64,000 bases of DNA from an uncultured Candidatus Entotheonella sp. (lineage in GTDB: Bacteria > Tectomicrobia > Entotheonellia > Entotheonellales > Entotheonellaceae). Below, one piece after another: positions 59,359-64,000 of the stretch. Positions within the stretch are counted from its first letter, which is position 1; each line of letters starts with the position of its first letter. The translations under genes were made by a program, and so were the position numbers. The notes beneath the pieces were generated by a model. The model did no database searches. It had not been told where the DNA came from and was given only the letters and a program-made list of their open reading frames with translations. The stretch is from contig CBDCDA010000001.1 of the NCBI GenBank assembly GCA_965215335.1, positions 1,152,001 through 1,216,000 of the forward strand, read 5' to 3'.

Positions 59359-59778
59359 TTACTGACGCAGGGTGTCGAGTTCAAGCGCAAGGCCGGTGGT
59401 GCCGAGGGGCACCACGCCCGGCGTGCTGGCCAGCAGCTCGCCGGGCACGACGGAGAGCACGTCGCCGTCCTTGTCGGTGAACGCCTGCACGACGTAGGAT
59501 TTCCACTTGCTGCGACCGGACATGTCGAACGTCGGTGCGACGCGGAAATCGACAGGCAGGGTAAACCTGGGGAGGATTGCATACTTGGTGTCGAGTTCCA
59601 CGCTATTTCCCGGGTGAAACAGTTTGATGACCAGCCGGTCACCGGGCGAGACGTGCCGAGCCAGGTCAGCGCGGATACCGATGGTTCCCTGGATCGTTTT
59701 CTTCGAGTCGTCAGCTGTCCAGCCGGGAACGGCGAACAGCCACCCAATCAACAGGCACAAACTGCGTACCGACGCCAT
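59359..59778 (-). CDS. secreted protein resembling the CcmI/CycH C-terminal domain
   Basis: Signal peptide, then IQGTI..DLA..VSPGDRL, LPVDF, PGEL..GVVPLG..LELD pattern. Confidence 0.55.
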   Translation of the reverse strand: MASVRSLCLLIGWLFAVPGWTADDSKKTIQGTIGIRADLARHVSPGDRLVIKLFHPGNSVELDTKYAILPRFTLPVDFRVAPTFDMSGRSKWKSYVVQAFTDKDGDVLSVVPGELLASTPGVVPLGTTGLALELDTLRQ

Positions 59779-59798
59779 GAACAACCCCCGGCGGATCG

Positions 59799-60221
59799 TT
59801 ACTGAATGTAAATGTCCAGATTTCCGGCTCCCGTCCATCCGGTAAACTGCACCCGGGAGAAGCGGCGGTGCACGATGTTGAGGCGCTGGTAAAATTCTAC
59901 CGTGAACGCCACCCGGACCTGGTCGCCCTCCTGCCCGAGCACCCGCACCCACGGGGCCATCATGTCTTCGAGTATTTCATCGTCGATATGGATGCACAGT
60001 TCCTCGCCGTTCTCGTTGCGCAGTTCCTGCCGCAATGCCTGGACGTCCCTGCCGGCGCGCTGCCCCGCCGCCGCTTGCCCGTAGGCTGCCTGGCTGACGC
60101 AAACCCATGCGCCCCTGAGCAGCGTGTGCGGGCGGTCATCGTCGTGGTGGCCCTGGGCGATGCCCAGCAGCAGGACGATCAGCAGCATGACAAGACCTGA
60201 GTGATTCACACGGCGTCTCAT
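59799..60221 (-). CDS. hypothetical secreted protein
   Basis: Signal peptide, two Cys, RBS, co-oriented in the PQQ dehydrogenase operon. Confidence 0.7.
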   Translation of the reverse strand: MRRRVNHSGLVMLLIVLLLGIAQGHHDDDRPHTLLRGAWVCVSQAAYGQAAAGQRAGRDVQALRQELRNENGEELCIHIDDEILEDMMAPWVRVLGQEGDQVRVAFTVEFYQRLNIVHRRFSRVQFTGWTGAGNLDIYIQ

Positions 60222-60245
60222 AGCTCACACCCCCTCTTGCTGCGT

Positions 60246-60704
60246 TTAGTAGTCCTTCCAGTTCGCCCCGTCCAGAGCGAGCGTTTCAAGGTAGGCGCCA
60301 ATGTGCGAAATCTGCTCGGCGTTCAGCACCCCGGCCCACGGCGGCATTTTCAACTTGGGTCTGCCGGCTATGACGATGGACATGAACTGACTGTAGCCGG
60401 CCCAGAAGCGGCGCAGGTCCTTGGCGTATCCGCCCCAGCGCGGCGAGATGCCGTCGGCCTTCACCCCGTGGCACTGCACGCACCAGGTAAAATAGAGCTT
60501 GCCCCCTTCCATGACCGCGTCGCACTGCCCCGAGTAGGGATTCGACGACGGTACCGGATCTTCAGGAAGCGTCAGGGTGTTGGTTCCATCCGTGCACTCC
60601 TCGGCGGCCAGCGCATGCCTGGGGCCGGGCAGCATCAACAGGCTCATCACCACGACGGCAGTGGCAAGAAACCGCACCCGAGTCATGCCCGAGTTGGTGA
60701 TCAC
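60246..60704 (-). CDS. monoheme cytochrome c (quinoprotein electron acceptor-like)
   Basis: Signal peptide, SNPYSG, CVQCHG, KMPPW. Directly downstream of the PQQ dehydrogenase. Confidence 0.92.
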   Translation of the reverse strand: MITNSGMTRVRFLATAVVVMSLLMLPGPRHALAAEECTDGTNTLTLPEDPVPSSNPYSGQCDAVMEGGKLYFTWCVQCHGVKADGISPRWGGYAKDLRRFWAGYSQFMSIVIAGRPKLKMPPWAGVLNAEQISHIGAYLETLALDGANWKDY

Positions 60705-60791
60705 GTTTGTTTCTCCTTCCCCTGCAGTAAACAGAAAAAATGGCGGGGCAGGAAACCTTGCGTTTCCTGTCCCGCCGTCGTCAGCCCGTGT

Positions 60792-62588
60792 CTACGGGAG
60801 CGCGAACGTGACGAGCGCGGCCGTCGACTGATAGTTGATGAGCTTCTCATCCCCGTACAGGGCCAGCACGGCGCCAGCAACGTAGGTCCCATGACCGACC
60901 ACCATGGACACGTACTGCTTGCCGCCGGCATCGTAGGAAATGATGCCGCCGTTGTGCCCGGTGCCGTTGTTGAAACGCCACAGCGTGTCGCCGGTATCGG
61001 CGTCCAGCGCCTCCGCCCAGCCGTCCATGGTGCCGTTGAATATCAGGCCGCTGGCGGTGGACATCAGCGCCGAATGCGGGATGATGTCATAACGCTTGTC
61101 CCAGGTCAGTTCGGCGGTCACCGGGTTGCGCGCCGTGATGCGTCCGTGCGCCGTGTCGCCCGGCGGATGCGTGCCTACCCATTCGGCGGCCATGAAGACC
61201 TGCGCGAACGGCTCCGTGACGCGCGTCTCGGTACCGAAGGAGATCGTGGTGCCGCCGCCCTCGGGGGCAACCGTCAGCCACATACACCATTCCTGGACCA
61301 CCCGATAGTGCAGCCCGGTCTGCGGGTTGTACGTGCCGGCGTTCCAGCTATGGCCGCCGTCGATGGCCGGGCAAACCAGCGTGCGCACGCCGGCCTTGGG
61401 CCACAGCATGTTCTCGAACTCGCCCGTTTCCAGATTGAAGCCGGACGTCCAGTTCTGGCTCTTCTGGGCCGGGTACACGTTCACGGGCTTGCCGCTCTTG
61501 GGCTCGTGCACGTGGTTGAAACCGTTCTTGCCGGGGTGGAGAACCAGGGTCCGGCCGTTGTCCTCGAACAGGACGTACTCGCCCGGAGAAGCGTCGTAGT
61601 CGTAGGGATCGCTCGGCGCTTCCTGGAAGTACCAGTTCAGCTTGCCGGTATCCAGGTCCAGAGCGATCGTGGAGGAGGTGTACAGGTTGTCACCCGGCCG
61701 CCAGCCGTTGGCGTTCGGGTCACGGCACTGGTCACCGCAGTAGTCGTAGTCGGGATCCGGGTTGCTCGTACCCATCAGGATCTGATTGTTCGCGTAGTCC
61801 ACGGTACCCGGCTGCCAGGAGCCGCCGCCGCCGTACTTCCACGAGTCACCGCCCCAGGTGGCGAGGGCTGCGGGGTCGCCGCGGCCCGTGGTGTAGAACG
61901 TCCACTTCAGGTCGCCCGTCTTGGGATCGAGACCGAAGATGCGGCCTTCAATCGGATACTCGCCGCCGTTCTGACCAATGACGAGCAGATCGGAATTGAC
62001 GAAGGTGGCGGCGCCACTGAAGCCCGCGGTGTCCTTCTGGGAATTGACCAGCTTGCGGTCCCAGATGATCTCGGCGGTGTTCTCGTCAATCGCCACCACG
62101 CGGCCATCGGCCAGGCCCATGTAGAGGCGCCCGTCGCCAATGGAAGTGCCGCGGGAGTGGGCGAACACGGAACGCGCCACAACGGCCTCGTCCATTTCAG
62201 GCACGAAGGCCCAGATGCGCTCACCCGTCGCGCCGTCGAGCTTCCAGATCGTGGACGGGTTGGCGGGGAGGTAAATATTGCCACCAATGGCCAACGGCGT
62301 GCTGTGCAGGCCGGCATTGCCGCTGCCGGTGCCGCCGCCACCAGGCAGGAAGATCCACGCCGGTCTGAGCTGGGACACGTTGTCCTTGGTGATCTGATCC
62401 AGCGGGCTGTGACGCCAGGCCTTGTCGACGGTGCGATGGTACGCGCACCAGTTCTCGGCCGGGCAGTTCAGGATGCTGTCGGCGCTCGAGCTGCCGTGGC
62501 TCATCGCCAGCGCGGCCGGAGCCGCGAGCAACCCGGCTATTGCCAGAAACGCCAGGGCCTTACCAAGTCTTGCCATTGCCTTGCACAT
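60792..62588 (-). CDS. PQQ-dependent dehydrogenase (methanol/ethanol family), atypical
   Basis: Signal peptide, RHSPLDQI..NV, Trp-docking repeats, GGEY, GTSNP, RPGDNLY, DPYDYD, KNGF, CP..DGG..W, GKQYV. Confidence 0.92.
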   Translation of the reverse strand: MCKAMARLGKALAFLAIAGLLAAPAALAMSHGSSSADSILNCPAENWCAYHRTVDKAWRHSPLDQITKDNVSQLRPAWIFLPGGGGTGSGNAGLHSTPLAIGGNIYLPANPSTIWKLDGATGERIWAFVPEMDEAVVARSVFAHSRGTSIGDGRLYMGLADGRVVAIDENTAEIIWDRKLVNSQKDTAGFSGAATFVNSDLLVIGQNGGEYPIEGRIFGLDPKTGDLKWTFYTTGRGDPAALATWGGDSWKYGGGGSWQPGTVDYANNQILMGTSNPDPDYDYCGDQCRDPNANGWRPGDNLYTSSTIALDLDTGKLNWYFQEAPSDPYDYDASPGEYVLFEDNGRTLVLHPGKNGFNHVHEPKSGKPVNVYPAQKSQNWTSGFNLETGEFENMLWPKAGVRTLVCPAIDGGHSWNAGTYNPQTGLHYRVVQEWCMWLTVAPEGGGTTISFGTETRVTEPFAQVFMAAEWVGTHPPGDTAHGRITARNPVTAELTWDKRYDIIPHSALMSTASGLIFNGTMDGWAEALDADTGDTLWRFNNGTGHNGGIISYDAGGKQYVSMVVGHGTYVAGAVLALYGDEKLINYQSTAALVTFALP

Positions 62589-62862
62589 AACCCCTCCTTC
62601 GGGCAAATACCAACTCAATTTATCGCTGATGAGTTCCCTTGACAGGGAAGCCTTTCAACAAGATGCTCGAATCCAATAGCCGAACCGCACCACAAGTATG
62701 TAGCGAACTGCAACCTGTGATTTGTCTATTGGTTAAGCCGAGGGTTTATAATCGTCCTTGTCAGCCATGTCAAGCCCCTTTCGTGTTACCACTCCGATCC
62801 GCACTCTTGTCGTGAACCTCCGCGCCGGCGCAACGAGCCGGTTTTCCGGGGACGCAGACCAC

Positions 62863-63786
62863 ATGACGATCAGACGGAAGTTGCAGTTGGCATACGGCCT
62901 GATACTCCTGGCGACCGTCGGCATAGGCGTGCTCGCTGTATGGTCGGTGGCAAGCTGGCAACGTGCGTCGATGGATTTGACATACAGCCACATCCAGGGT
63001 GAACGGGTGGAAAGGGTGCGTGGCGATATCTACCGGCAAGTCAAAGAGGTCGTGGACTGGCTGACGCAAGAGGACAAGGATGCTGACGAAGAATTCCGTG
63101 CGCTGGCCGGGGTGACAAACCGCGAGCTGGATTCCCTGGCGGCTGGGACAAAGCGTGCGGAAGAGCGTCTGGCCGTACAGAGCTTGCGCCGTTCCTATGC
63201 GGAGATGCTGGCGTTTGCCAGAACGGTATTTGACGATCCACGGACGAACCTGGCAAATATGCCTTGGCTGGAAGAGAAGATCGAGAGCCAATTATTTCCG
63301 GAGTTGGAAAAGCGGATTGGGACGCTGAGGGCCTACTACCAGGAAGAAGCGGCCCGTTCGATCCAGGGAACACAGAAGGTGCAAGGGCTGACCCGTGGAC
63401 TGGCCGTGATGATCGTTCTCCTGTCCTTGATCCAGGGCGCCGTACTTCTGTTTGGCATTCAGCGCTGGCTGGTCAGACCTTTGGCCGAGATCGGCCGGTC
63501 AACAGCCGTCATCAGCACCGGCAATTTTGAGCATCGGGTGGTCCGCCGGTCACACGATGAGATGGGGGACTTGGCGCAAGCCATCAACCGGATGGCCGAG
63601 GAGCTGCGTGAGAGCCAGGCTCGTCTGGTTCAATCCGAGCGCCTCGCCGCGCTCGGCGAATTGGGAGCAAGTTCTGGTTGCCGTCCTGGGCAACGCGGCG
63701 GCCAAGAGGCCGCGCAGGCTGAGCGAAACCGGATTATCGGCGCCTGTCCACCCATGCAGCGGCTGAAAGACCGCGCCACCTTGTGA
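62863..63786 (+). pseudogene. truncated sensor histidine kinase (TM-HAMP) joined to an NtrC-like remnant
   Basis: Two TM segments and HAMP, ending at QSERLAALGEL just before the expected His box. Tail IIGACPPMQRL resembles the start of a sigma-54 activator domain. Confidence 0.7.
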
Positions 63787-63867
63787 AATCCGCAGCAGCT
63801 GCTACACCACCGTCAGGTGTCTGCCATATCGTCATGATCGTCATGCGAAAACCGCCATGAGCCATCA

Positions 63868-64000
63868 TCAAGGTCGTTCATCCGCTTCCTGACCGATTTC
63901 CCAGGCTTCAACGGATACCTCGACGATGTCACCCGTGGCAGCGTCCACTTCGATCTTGAACTCCGTGCCGTCGGCAGTGACGAGGTCGATTTCATAGGAG
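63868..64000 (-). CDS. PepSY-domain protein, C-terminal part (5' end outside window)
   Basis: Reads [43 protein letters not shown] (frame not in the ORF track). Confidence 0.7.
   Translation of the reverse strand, partial: SYEIDLVTADGTEFKIEVDAATGDIVEVSVEAWEIGQEADERP

Noticed and set aside
63813..63995. 60-aa minus-strand ORF in the track
   Set aside because: A different minus-strand frame gives a clear PepSY-like C-terminus.

Overview
High-GC bacterial window, mostly metabolic and housekeeping genes (adk, hisI-hisG, rpoD-like sigma factor, ahcY, tenA, gpmI, pyrC, Mrp/ApbC, HtrA protease with an OmpR-family two-component system), with many decayed IS fragments and a defence island at about 33-41.6 kb (HigBA-like TA, XRE-ImmA plus truncated PIN gene, IS701-like element, type III restriction-modification). 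The gene mix suggests a marine sponge-associated symbiont, but that is inference only. The strongest hidden signal is a glutaredoxin-DinB fusion at 21681-22442 (minus strand) with an in-frame TGA at the first position of a UxxC motif and a SECIS-like hairpin: a likely selenoprotein that the ORF track truncates. Other notable items are an atypical PQQ dehydrogenase (lanthanide-type DxD, no vicinal Cys-Cys) with cytochrome c facing a DUF58-VWA-TPR-VWA operon, a flavin-dependent halogenase with a C-terminal PqqD/RRE-like domain, a GT-C-like membrane gene frameshifted at a C17 tract, a corrinoid methyltransferase module, and two inverted IS5 ends that supply the stop codons of both neighbouring genes. 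I recognised no rRNA, tRNA or CRISPR array. All family calls come from motif recognition by eye; no searches were run.
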